From Diplonema japonicum (lineage: Eukaryota; Protista; Euglenozoa: Diplonemea), in assembly GCA_964019335.1 (NCBI GenBank), contig OZ025716.1, forward strand, positions 310,001 to 374,000: 64,000 nt of DNA, given 5' to 3'. The number at the start of each line of letters is the position of its first letter. The first letter of the stretch is position 1. Shown here one piece after another: positions 30,949 to 42,398 of the stretch. The notes under the pieces are model-generated. The model searched no databases. It was not told where the DNA came from and worked only from the letters and a program-made list of their open reading frames with translations. The position numbers were made by a program, and so were the translations under genes.

Positions 30949-31128
30949 GCAAGAACGAGTCTTTGACTTGTCTAAACAAAAGGGGAACGTTGGCAACGTG
31001 TTTCGGGTTGACAAACTTCTCCAGGTTTTACCCGGCACGTACAAACAACGGCCAGTTCCTCTTTTCCACGGTGGGCACCAACCAGCGCACCGCAAAAATA
31101 GATCGAGTTTTTTTTTTTTTTTTTTTTT
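30949..31128 (+). mobile_element. Family A SINE-like element with LINE-B-like 3' tail
   Basis: Long hairpin body, then a CGGTGGGC..GCGCACCG stem, ATCGAG and T21. Confidence 0.8.
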
Positions 31129-32054
31129 GGCTGAAATTTGGGTTTTTGGATCGATTTCAAACCCGCACCTAGAAACCTAACAGTGATCGGTTTAACCCTG
31201 GAAAACTATGACCTACTACATTTTTTTTTTCTCTCTTTTTTTTTTTTTTTTTGTTCTATTATATTTTCTCACCTCCCATATCTTTTTATTTTTATTTAAG
31301 CCTTCTAATCTCGAGCCAGATGATCTGCCTTGCGATGAGAGGGGAAACATAAAAATAGGCTGATGCAGGGAAAGTGGGAAACAGGAGGAAGAGAAAAAGA
31401 AAGAAACCTGCATTACACCATGTTTGGCAAGTAGCCTCTCTGCGGCCTTGTGCCAGTGAACCCAGGCTCACCCTTTTGATTTATTTGATATTTTCTGCTC
31501 CTCTACCTCCGTCTGTCTTTCCTTTTGCTTTTTTTTTTTCTTTTCGCCTCTAAAGGGTCTCTTAGACACGTTGCGCTGACACTTTCGAGAAATAGGGGGT
31601 TCTTCTGAAGTTTTTCTTGAAGTCCTGGTATATTTAGTTCAAGAAAGATAAACAAAAAGAAGGTTACCCTCTCTCTAAAGAAAAAAAAGAAAAAAGAATA
31701 ACAGGAAAGAAAATGAATGACGGGCCCAGAGAAGGGGTTAACACCAAAAATGGAAGAATTTTCTATTTTTTTATTTTTTTTTTTTATCCATACTCTCATG
31801 AGTCAGTCTAGATCAGACAGCATCTATCGTTCTTCTTTTCTTTAAAAAAACAAAAAAAAAAAAAAAAAAAAAAAAACCATGTCTAGTTTTTGTTTTTTTA
31901 AAAGAAAGTATATATCTAATTCTCTCGTTCTTCCCCCACCCACCCATCCCCCTGCACATAGTCTTTCCCTCTCTTTAAAAAAAAAAATATATATATATAT
32001 TCCCCCCCTTCTGTACTGCTAATTAAAACAAGAAGAAAAAAAAAAAAGAAAAAA

Positions 32055-33710
32055 ATGGACACCACTTTACTCATCGCTATTATATTAATAGGGCTGATTG
32101 TGGGAACGGCATGCTTGATAGCTATTGTTCTGCTCACGAAGAGTTCGAAGAAGAAAACTATTGTTGAACGGGAGAGACAGCTGATCAAAGAGGCCTCAAT
32201 CGATCCCCCGCCACCGCCGCCACCACAACAACCACAACAACAACAACAACCCCAACCTGCTCATGTAGAACAGGTACCGGAAGCTCAGCAACCATTACTG
32301 GCAAACCAGTACTTGAAGACGGACGAAGTGTCGGCTTCAACGTCAGCATCAACAATGTTCAAAAGCGAACGGGCTCCTCCACCACCTCCATCGTCAAACA
32401 GAGACGCAACACCATTACACCTGAAACTACTTGTAATAGACGATTTACCAAAAGCAGATATCACACTTTCATCTAGAGCAGTGGCATTAAACACCAGCAA
32501 GAAAGAAATAGGAACAGAGGGGTTCTGGGAGACATCAACGACCGCCAACACCCGACTTGTGTGGAACACAACACGAAACCTCAATTTGCGAAAATGCGAC
32601 TGCGACGCCATCTACCTGGAACTTGTTACAACACGGGAAGAACGATACGCGCACACCACCATCCGCCCGGAAAACCTCACAGTAAGCAAACGACTCAACA
32701 TACCCATAGAAACCGTCGATGGGAACATCATCACAATGTCAATTGTACTCGTCCCCCCACCAACACTACGCCGAATTGGGTACATTATGAAGCTTCCGGG
32801 CGATCTAGACCCGCAGACCGGGCTAACAGATAAAACCAAAGTTTTCGCGGAAGAGATTAAAACAAGGATACAATCGGCCACGCAGGACCATAAGGATCTG
32901 TCCACCGTAGATAAAATCATCGTTGGACCGACAATTTCCGGGGTTCAGGTTGCCTTTATAACTCTGTCGTCGTTGCTCGGCAACTGCAAAGAGCTCGCTG
33001 TCAGCAGGTACGCGAAGCTTGCGTCGGACCAACGCCCTGCCTCAACACACGCTTTTGTCGATTTACTGAGCCATAAAACAGAAGATTTATACAACGACCA
33101 TCCTGGGGTTGCAGCGAGATATTTAGGATCGTTCCCAATCAACGCAACGGAGCTCGGGACATCATCTGAAGAGGCGACAGATGTGGGGAATTGTAAGGAG
33201 ATTATGAACCAGGTTCTGTACGGGGAGGAGAAGGTTGTTCTTCTCGTGCTGCAGCCGTCTGTTTACTACTATTTTGTCGACCTATTCACGTCCCCCGTCG
33301 TTGCCGCCAACACCAAGAACGACGTTCTTGCTGCATCATCGTTTTCTTTATTCAAGCTTGGGATCGACGCTGATGTTGACCATCCTATAGTTTCTATCAA
33401 CCCTCTTATCACCGGGACGGGGTACGGGGGTTCTGCTTCGCCATCACCTGCACGGGGTGCCTTCCTCACACCTAGTCCTACACCTGTGGGGAGAGGTGTG
33501 GATATGTATGGAGGGACGTTACCTTCTGCATCTGGAGCGACACCTAGCCGGTTTCCCAATTCGCACTCTTTCGCTGTGAAACAGCAGGAGCTTGAGAGGA
33601 GGGAGCTGGCGCTTGGTGGGCGTGAGGTGGCTGTGTTGATGCGTGAGCGACAGATGCAGTCGGCGATGGGACGTGGTAGAGGGAGGGATAGCCAACCTGC
33701 TTGGCTTTGA
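32055..33710 (+). CDS. N-terminal TM protein with P/Q-rich linker, possible C2-like and degenerate histidine-phosphatase-like domains
   Basis: TM LLIAIILIGLIVGTACLIAIVLL. The region RIGYIMKL..GLTD..DKIIVGP resembles the PGM fold but lacks RHG. Confidence 0.7.
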   Translation: MDTTLLIAIILIGLIVGTACLIAIVLLTKSSKKKTIVERERQLIKEASIDPPPPPPPQQPQQQQQPQPAHVEQVPEAQQPLLANQYLKTDEVSASTSASTMFKSERAPPPPPSSNRDATPLHLKLLVIDDLPKADITLSSRAVALNTSKKEIGTEGFWETSTTANTRLVWNTTRNLNLRKCDCDAIYLELVTTREERYAHTTIRPENLTVSKRLNIPIETVDGNIITMSIVLVPPPTLRRIGYIMKLPGDLDPQTGLTDKTKVFAEEIKTRIQSATQDHKDLSTVDKIIVGPTISGVQVAFITLSSLLGNCKELAVSRYAKLASDQRPASTHAFVDLLSHKTEDLYNDHPGVAARYLGSFPINATELGTSSEEATDVGNCKEIMNQVLYGEEKVVLLVLQPSVYYYFVDLFTSPVVAANTKNDVLAASSFSLFKLGIDADVDHPIVSINPLITGTGYGGSASPSPARGAFLTPSPTPVGRGVDMYGGTLPSASGATPSRFPNSHSFAVKQQELERRELALGGREVAVLMRERQMQSAMGRGRGRDSQPAWL

Positions 33711-34599
33711 TAAAATGTTTGTATAGTTTTAGAAGAAGGGGAAAAAAAAAAAAAAAAGAAGAATGTTTTTTTTTTGTAGCCTTTAGCGGGTGCGAACAAC
33801 AAATGGCATTTCTCTCATTTTTTTTTTTTTTTCTTTCATCCCCCAATCGCAAAAAAACGAAAGGAAAAGACCGAAAATTTTAATTAGAATATTAAGAGAT
33901 TTATTGCACTGCTTAAAATCCCAAAAATTGGGTTTAGAATCCAATGGAAAAAAAGGTACATAATTTTTCGTACGTAAAAAAGCAATAAGTTAACAATAAG
34001 TTTTCTTTTTTCTTCTTCTTCTTCTTTTTTTTTTCTTTTGCTTTGTGTCACATTAAAGTAGTAGGAATGGGAATAGAAATAAAAGAACCTAGAAAAGAAA
34101 ATAGAGAGAAAGAAGAAAAAAAAAAAGTGAATGAAAAGAAAATGGGAAAAAAGAAAAAAAAAAAAAAAAGGAAAAGAGAAAAAAAAAATACAATATGACA
34201 GATTTTATTGAAACCCCTCTCCCCAGTTATTTTGTTTTAAAAAAAAGAGGAAAAAAGAAAGTCTTTTTTTTAATCTTTTTTTGAAACAATAGCGCATGGG
34301 GTTTTTTAACAAAATTTCTTACTAATCTTTTTTTTTCTCCCTCTATTTCTTCTTTCCCTTACTCCTTTCTTTTTTTTTAATTGAGGGGAGGGGGGTAAAT
34401 AATGACAACGGGACTATTACTAGATATACCCTCCCTTCTCCTCTCCCTCCCCTTCCTCCTTCCCAAGTATTTATTTTTCCGTATATTTCTGAGTATTTCT
34501 CTATTTCTGTTTGTAGCTTTCTATTGGGAAAGGGGAAAAGAAAAAGAGTAAAAAAAAAACTACATGTTTTTTCGTTTGGAGATATTTTTGCGTGTCCTT

Positions 34600-34880
34600 T
34601 CACTTTTGTCAAAACAAAAAAAAGGGGGAACGTTGGCTTATGCCTTTCGGGTTTTTTTACAAAAAAAAACCTCTCCAGGTTTTACCTCGTGCACAAAGAA
34701 AATGACGGACCCCGTAAAACAAACTTTTTGAAAAGAATTTGTTAATTTGCGAAAAAAAGAAGAAGAAAAAAAGAAGAAGAATAAAAAAAAAAAAAAAAAG
34801 GAGTGAAGGGCAGCTTTTTTTTTTTTTTTTTTTTTTTTGCCCCCGTTTCATCCCTTACTGTAGGTGAAAAAAACGGTGTT
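34600..34880 (+). repeat. Extended family A composite repeat (degenerate)
   Basis: GGGGAACGTTGGC..CTCTCCAGGTTTTACC, then AACTTT..GAAAAG and CCCGTTTCATCCCTTACTGTAGGTGAAAA, shared with 62730-63020. Confidence 0.65.
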
Positions 34881-34994
34881 AACACCACTCGATTCTTTTT
34901 CTTTTTTCTTTTTTTTTTTCCAGTTTTTGCGATCATCATTCCACAGGGTTCAAAAAAAAAAAAAAAAAAGAGAGAGAAAAAAAAAAAAAAAACC

Positions 34995-37900
34995 ATGGAA
35001 TACGTAAGGCAGGCCGGCGACATGGCGAAGGCCTTCGCACTGGCAACCGTGGTGTCGGTAAAAATGACAGTGTCGGAGTTTTCAAGGAGAAAGGAGAACT
35101 ACCTCCTTGGCGTCCTCACCGTCATCCTCGTGGTGTTCATGATATCGGTGATTCTAACTGGCGTGGACAAATCTCCGGTAATCTTCCTGAAACTCGCTGA
35201 AGAACAAACCGGCGAAATGGACATGCTGTTCATCAGAAACAACATTCGATCGGGCGACATCCCATTTCTGAACTTCACCGCCGCGAATATTTCCCTGGCT
35301 GCACAGAACGTTTCTAACGGTCCCGACCTCAAGGCAATGGTACCTCGATGGCTCATAACCGCTGATGCTTCAAAGAAATGGCCGTCTTCTGACACAGAAC
35401 GCAACACAACGGTAGATGTCACCCTCCTCATTGTCGACTCGAAGGAGGAGAACAAAATCAATATGGGTAGAAAATGGGGCCATCGAAGAATAGGTGAATC
35501 TGAATGTCATGTCAAGGACACAGTCCTCAGGCTTTTGGGAATCGAAGCGAATGTCGGCGAGCACATTATCCTGGAGATCTCGATCGATAGGTTTCTTCAA
35601 GATCAAAACATCAACAGCGATCAACTTTTAAACTTATTTGGAGGAAGCGGATCAACAACCAACACATCGACAGATTTAATCATCGACGCGTTGGGGTTAA
35701 ACAACAACGACAATGTTGAGGTCAACGTGACGGTTGTTACAGAAGGAATCTCCGATTTATTCAACATTACCATCCCTGCACCAGCGCCCGGCGACGAACT
35801 ACAAAACGTAACCGTTCAAAACGCGAGGGACATTATCCCGGGAGTTCTTTCAAACGGGAGTATAAACGGAACAAGTATCGACCTCCTCAGCCTTTTAAAC
35901 AACGGAACTATTCGCCTAGACCTCGACGTCGTTGACGAAGTTGACGGCGCCGGTGGAAAGTACCCGAACGCTGTGGGAAACGCTGTAATAATCGACTCCA
36001 CATACTTCTTACACACCATGTTGGAACAGTTGTGTTACGAAACGCAGAGGAGGCTTATCGAACAGGTCACCGGTACCACAATTCCAGACGCTCAAGAAGT
36101 TGTCGACAATTTTGAAATCAACGATGTTGCCCTCACAATGATCGCTCTGTTCAACAGCAGGCAAGATACTTACACCCTTCCAAAACCTTCACTCGACAAG
36201 GATGTCGTTAAAAAATCCGACGCCGTAATGCGAGCGCTGGACGTTCGGTACAACGCCACGATATCATTCCCGCTGGCGTTGGCTATGGATGGGTTTTATT
36301 TTTTGAGGTTGTTTTTGGAGCAGATTTTCAACGCGGTGATTGTGACGTTGGCGGTTCTCGGGTGTATTTTAATATACTCGTTGCTGCTCTCAAATGTTGA
36401 GGAAAAGACTTTTGAGCACGGGATGCTCCGCGCGTTGGGGTTCAGAAAGCTTTCTTTAATCAATCTGATCACCATCCAGGCCATGTCATTCACCATCCCT
36501 GGCGTTGCCATCGCAATGACATTGGCTGTCATTGCAAACATCATTATAGAGGTAATCGTCAGCGATTTTTCCGGATTCGATGCGCAAACAGATAACATGC
36601 CGCTTCTAGCGATTGTCATCCCCATTGTGGTCGGGGTTTCTGTTCCGTTGTTTGCCAATATTTGGCCGATTCAGCGTGCTATGCAGAAAACTTTACGTGG
36701 TGCGCTTGATGTGTCGCATCAGGCTCATACTGAAACGACGGTAACTGTTCAGAAACTGCAGGATCTTGGTTTGGCGTTGTGGCAGACGCTTTTAGCAATT
36801 TTTTTGGTGGTTGCAGGGTTCATCGTGTACTACCTGATGCCTTACTCGTTCATCTTCAACGACCTCCCGTTGTTCTTTTTCCTGCTTCTTATCATTCTGA
36901 TGGGTATGCTGTTCGGGCTGTGTATGATATCTGCTGCCTTGCAGTCACCCTTGGAGCTCGGTGTTCTGAGGGCAATCCTTTGGGGCAAGGACAAGATTCT
37001 TAAAACGCTGATCGAGAAGAACCTCTCCGGGCATCGAAACAGATCGTCAAAAACGTACATGATGTTCACGATCAGCACAGCGAGTATTATCTTCGGCGGT
37101 GTTGTCTTCACTCTTCAAGCGAACTCTATCGAGGCCAATATCGAGGTTTTGGTTGGGACCGATGTACAAGTTTGGTCGACAGACTTCGATTTCCCCATCA
37201 ACCGGGATCTTGTCGACCCTTACATGAGGGAACAGGTTGCGACTTCGGATGTGGTTTTAGACTGGAGCTACACAAGCTTTGCTTTGAACGATTACGACCA
37301 GTTTAGAACGTATGTGGTGGGAGAAGAAAAAAAAAAAAAATAATATTATATATATACAGTACCGCGGTGTCCAATTTGCTGTTCTTCCCGTCCGCCAACC
37401 AACGCCCGACTGGTGTCGACAGAAATCTGCAGAATGTCATTTACGACAAGTATTTTCTACCGGTGGACACTCAGGTATATATTATATAAATATTTATATA
37501 AAAAAAAAAAAAAAACTTTTTTTTTTTATTATTTAGAGCGGGGTTTCGAAAAGCGATATTTTCTCAAGTTTGTACACGCTTCCAACAGAGGGGAGCAACT
37601 ACCGACCGGTCCCAATGCACTCCGGCGTGCCGCCAGGTGAGACAGTCCCGGATCTGGGAAGGAAATACTCGGAGATTATAGAAGTGGTAGCATCCGCAGG
37701 AAGCAAGGACTTCATGAGCTTGCGAAGCGAAAACGCCATGAAGCTGGAAGTGGAGTACCGCACCTCGAGAACGGCGACGACGGAAAAAGAAGCCGATTAC
37801 CTGGCGCAGCCGAGATCGCTAATCAGCAAAATGCCGGGATACCCCTTTGTAATCAGCTCCTACACGTTCGGCCTGGGCAGCGCTCCAATCTTCATGTCGA

Positions 37901-38514
37901 TGGACTCATTTCAAACCATTATCAACGATAATACAGTGAACGCGTGGAGGCTGAACGGAAGCTCTACTTCTCGTGTCGATCTCACCAAGATTTACCATGA
38001 GAAGATGTTCATCCGTTTGAAGGACGGGGTCACCACATTTGAGAGAGAGGCTTTCATAAATGAACTGAAGAGTTATCTGTCACGTGAATACCACACAGTA
38101 CTGGACGTATCGGACTTGAAGGACACAACGAGAATGGCGATTGACTTGTTGTTGTTGTTCTTTTACATGATATCGGGGATAGCTGTGGCGTTGAATTTGT
38201 TCCTTCTTTGGATGTCGTTTTCTACGAACGTGAAGCAGTCTGCTTGGTCGTTTGCGGTGATGCGGTCGTTGGGGTTTAATGTTGACCAGTTGATCAAGGC
38301 CTATGTGTATGAGGCTCTGTGTACCGTGCTCTCGGCATTCTTCTGCGGGTGTGTTATCGGCCTCATTATCGCCATTACCCTGACCGTGCAGTTCAACATG
38401 TTTGTCGAAATGCCGATGGACTTCACCTTCCCCTATGTTCTCTTCATTGTCGTTTTCTGTGAAGCATTGTTCACCGCTATTGTCGGTTCCTACGTTCCAG
38501 CATTGGTATTTTGG

Positions 38515-38555
<41 letters not shown>

Positions 38556-38602
38556 AGGAACTTCGGAAAAAACAAATTGCGCAAGTTCTTAAATCGCAGT
38601 GA
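34995..38602 (+). CDS. FtsX/MacB-like ABC permease (eukaryotic type); exons 34995-37309, 37360-37474, 37537-38505, 38558-38602
   Basis: Two FtsX-type motifs (EEKTFEHGMLRALGF and SFAVMRSLGF) with TM blocks. Removing three GT-AG introns gives one continuous frame ending ELRKKQIAQVLKSQ*. Confidence 0.88.
37310..37359 (+). other. Intron (50 nt, GT-AG, poly-A rich)
   Basis: GTATGT...ATACAG; removal restores the frame. Confidence 0.85.
37475..37536 (+). other. Intron (62 nt, GT-AG)
   Basis: GTATAT...ATTTAG; removal restores the frame. Confidence 0.85.
38506..38557 (+). other. Intron (52 nt, GT-AG, poly-A rich)
   Basis: GTATTT...AATAAG; removal yields a plausible C-terminus. Confidence 0.8.
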
Positions 38603-39339
38603 GGAAGATATATTTTTTTTTTTTTAAAAAAAAGAAAGTGAGGGGGAAAAAAAAAGAATGGGGGGAAAAAAATGAAGAAAAGAAAAAAAAAAGAAGGCCT
38701 CCCCCTTTCCCTTGCTGATTGAGGGAAAGAGATAGAGGGATTGATATAGAACAAAAGAAAATTTTTAAAAAAAAGAAGAAAAGGAAGCGGGGATAGAAAA
38801 AAAAGATAATGGGGGATTTGGATTGGGGGTGGGGGAGTTTTTTTTTTATGTTGGTAATAATAGTGCTTTCCCCCCCCCCCCCCTCTTTCTTTATCTTATC
38901 ATGTCTTTTTTTTTTTATATTCCTCTCTCTCTTTTTTTTTTGTTTTCTTTTTGTTCAACTTTTAAAAAAGGGTTTTATATTAGCACCCCCCCCCAGAAAA
39001 AAGCTTCTTAAGTAGCTTTAAATACACAATTTTTTGTTTTTCTTTACTCTCCTCTGTCCATTTTTTTTTTCATATTGTGAATCAATTCGAAAAAAAAAAA
39101 AAAGAAAAGACTGAGGGTTTTTTTTTTTTTTTTTTTTTTTTTTCCACTTACTGAAGGCTCAGCGTGTGTGTGTGCCCCCTTTTTGTCTTGGATTCAGAAA
39201 GAAAAAAGAAGAAGAAAAAAAAAAAAAAAAGACTTCAGCAAAAGGGAAACCCCCTCTCACACTCTGAGCGCAATAAAAGAAATTTATACCTCTCCATTCG
39301 CCCCCTTTTTTTTCCTTCTTCCTTTTTTTTTTTTTTTTT

Positions 39340-39452
39340 GCAAGAACGAGTCTTTGACTTGTTTAAACAAAAGGGGCACGTTGCTGCTTTTACGGGTTTT
39401 AAACTTCTCCAGGTTTCTACCTAAGGCACAAACAACTGCAAGTTCCTCTTTC
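39340..39452 (+). mobile_element. Family A repeat copy
   Basis: GCAAGAACGAGTCTTTGACTTGTTTAAACAAAAGGGGCAC..GTTCCTCTTT after a T tract. Confidence 0.8.
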
Positions 39453-40959
39453 TGGTGGGTTGGGCAACCAACACTTTTTTTTTCTAGTGATTTTTTTTTT
39501 TTCTCTCCCTCTCTCTCTCCTCTTTTTTTTTTTTTTTTTTTTTGGATCTGTATTTTTTTTTTCTTTTTTTTATTTTTCTAAAAAAAAAAATAACTAGCTA
39601 CCTTTATGAATATTTTTTTTTTTCCTAGCATACCTTTTCAACAAAAAAGAAAAAAAAAAATCTTATCAGAAAACGGAATCTTTTTGTATTTTCTTATTCT
39701 TTAATTTTCTTTTTTTTTACCCATTACGTAATGCAAAAGAAAAGAAAAGGGAGGGGAGGGGAGGGGGGAGTGAAAGGAACGAGAAAAGAAGAAGAAAAAA
39801 AAAACCAGAAAACTACGAGGAAAAAACTTTCCCTCCCCCCCCTTTTTTTTCTTTCTGTTCTCACATTATTTTTCCCTTTGTTTTTTTTTTTTTTTTTTTT
39901 TTTTTTTTCCTCTTTCCTTTTTTTCTTCATCTTCTTTTTTTTTTTTTTTTACTTGCTTTCCCTCACTGCCGGGGGGATAAAGCCAAAGCAAGACACAAAG
40001 GGAGAAAAAGAAAAAGAAGAAAGAAAAAAGAAGAAGGCCTGCTGCTTTACGGCGCCTTACCTGCTTTCACCGCTTCCTGCAAGCTATTCCTCTCCCCCCC
40101 CCCCGAGTGCTTTTTTCCCTTAGGGCTTTAGCACCAATCACACGCAGATTTCAAGAAGGACACACAGTGTGACACTGACACGACCAGTACAGCCTCACTT
40201 GCGATAGACCGTCTGGTTTGGGTGGAACAGAGTACTCTTAGCCTCCCCCCTTTTTTTTTGCCCTCTTTTTTGCGTACATACCTTTCACTTGTTTTTTTTT
40301 TCTTCTTTTTTCTGGCTTATGTTTTTCTTTACGAGTTCTTTTTTTTTTTTTTTTTTAATATTTTCCAACAAAGAAAAAGAAGAAATATGAGGTAGAAAAG
40401 CAAGAAATGAATCAACTTGGCTGCACTTCGCTGCTCCGGTTTCTACCCAAGGGGACAAAAAAAGAAAAAGAGAAAAAAAAAAAAAAAGATGACCACCCTT
40501 AGTTCACATATTTCTTTTTTTTCTTTTCTTCAGGAGCTCATAAAAGAGAACGGGAAATAGAGAAAAAAAAGAGAGAGAAAAAAAAAAGAAAACAAAAAAT
40601 AAAAGAAAAAGAAGAATAATATAGGTCAGATAGATAAAGGCAGAAACGAGGATTGTTGTTTCTGCAAACTTCATGTTCCCCTCCTCTTTTTTTCTTTTTT
40701 TTTTTTCCCCTATCTCCCTTTCTCCTTTTTTTTTTTGAAGTGATAGAAGACCCCCTAAGAACACTGGGGGGGGAGGGGGGGGGAGCTCGAGAGGGGGAAA
40801 GTACATACTTTTAAAGACACATGGAAGAGTAAACGGTTTCATATAATTAAAAGATAATCCAAAAAAAAAGGATTTTTTCTTTCCCCATTTCTCTCGGCAT
40901 GGTTACAATTGTATGATGGAAAAAAAAAGAGGTTCTTTTGAGAAGGTTTTTAAAAGGGG

Positions 40960-41296
40960 CAGCGAAACCTTTGGCCGGGTCTAGGTGCGTAGCGACACCT
41001 CCCCTTAAGCGAGTCATTTCGGGGAAGAATAAAGCAAACCTTGCAGCGAGCAACTCGGTGTCACCCAGACACTAATCGCATTTTGGCTTCGGCAAAGAAA
41101 AAGATGCCCCCACTCTACCGCGAGGAAACGTGGACCGGGCACGCCATGTATGAGAGGTGGCGCCGCACAAGTTAGACCCCACTCCAATGTGTCGTTAAGC
41201 TACACACAACCCCCCACCCCTTGTACTTATGGTACACTTGGAGCGTGGTTCGACTTGTCACCTTGACGTTAAAAGATCGATTTTTTTTTTTTTTTT
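40960..41296 (+). mobile_element. Possible SINE or structured non-coding element
   Basis: Complex non-coding block ending GATCGA plus T16, resembling the LINE-B/SINE ends; B-box-like GGTTCGAC near the 3' end. Confidence 0.4.
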
Positions 41297-41391
41297 CCCT
41301 CCCAAACCCATTTTTTTTTCATTTTTTTTTTTTCAAAGCAAAAAAAAAAAAAAAAAAAAAAAAGGCAAAAAAAAAAAAAAGAAAATAATTC

Positions 41392-42306
41392 ATGCCACTA
41401 CCTGATGAATATGAAAGAGAAGGTTTAGAGGGTGACATCGAACGCACGTCCCCCGCAGCGGTTCACGTCATGAAGCTACAGCGTAAGCGCAAGAGAGGCA
41501 TCCATTCGAGGCTCACCTGGGCCACCACAGTGGTCGTAGCAACACCATCAGCATCACAAGGCCACACCTCAGAACCCCTAGCCGAAACGCTTGTCTGCAA
41601 AGGAACAAAGAACATCACAGAGGTCATCACCACCCCCGGTATGCGAATTGCATTGAAAGACGGGGCCTTGGTGACCGAAATGTGCACGGTAACAGCACAG
41701 CGCATAACTCTCATTATCTCGGCAGAAGAGATGAAAAGATGCCCGTTGCCGGCTTCCTTCACCCGGTCCTGCAAACAGCTAAAAATGCACGTCATCCAGA
41801 TACCCTTCCACACCGCTCTGAAAGAAGAGTCTCTACGGTACTTCAACAATTTAGGAAGCTTAGAATGGATCGGCAGCTGTGGAGGGGTTCCCCTCCCTGG
41901 AACATGGAATTCGGTGTGTAAATCAACCCGTGAAGTGGTAACAGCTAAATGCCCCATGAAGCTCCCAAAAGGCGAATCTGACATAACATCCTTCCGTGAT
42001 TTCTCCGAGTGGATCGGGCTATGTTCTGTGTCTCCCTCCCCACCGGTGGTCCGGGCCCCTGGACAGGCGCGTGTGACGGTAGTCACCTACAAGGGGTTTT
42101 TTCCTGGACTGACGCTGCAATCGCATTTGGAATCCCTTTCAACGATGGGTTCCTGGTGGTTCACTGAGCTCGCTTCTCGCGGCACCCCCTGTGGTCCCAC
42201 ACCTTGGGACGACGTCCCCACTGGTCTAAAACCGCTCAACCTCGGCGACAGTGAGCGGTACTTCTCATCAGGGAAGGAAGGTGTCTATGCTTCAGAAGTC
42301 CGATAA
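41392..42306 (+). CDS. RNase P/MRP subunit Rpp40-like protein
   Basis: C-terminal pattern FSEWIG..YKGFFP..W...SRG.PCGPTPW resembles Rpp40 (EWLG..GF.P..W..VQG.DSPVSW). Confidence 0.5.
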   Translation: MPLPDEYEREGLEGDIERTSPAAVHVMKLQRKRKRGIHSRLTWATTVVVATPSASQGHTSEPLAETLVCKGTKNITEVITTPGMRIALKDGALVTEMCTVTAQRITLIISAEEMKRCPLPASFTRSCKQLKMHVIQIPFHTALKEESLRYFNNLGSLEWIGSCGGVPLPGTWNSVCKSTREVVTAKCPMKLPKGESDITSFRDFSEWIGLCSVSPSPPVVRAPGQARVTVVTYKGFFPGLTLQSHLESLSTMGSWWFTELASRGTPCGPTPWDDVPTGLKPLNLGDSERYFSSGKEGVYASEVR

Positions 42307-42398
42307 TGAGAATTTTTTTTTTTTTTTTTTTTTTGAGCTGCCTTTGGCATTTTTTAAGTTTTGAGAGAAAAGGAATAAAGGAAAAAAAGAAAAAAAAA

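Noticed and set aside
32009-32017. TTCTGTACT as a possible SL relic (similar weak matches near 27821 and in the array spacers)
   Set aside because: Matches of 9 nt or fewer in pyrimidine-rich DNA are expected by chance
42304-42308. TAATG stop-start overlap suggesting translational coupling
   Set aside because: The downstream 31 codons are T and A homopolymer; the real start is probably 42399
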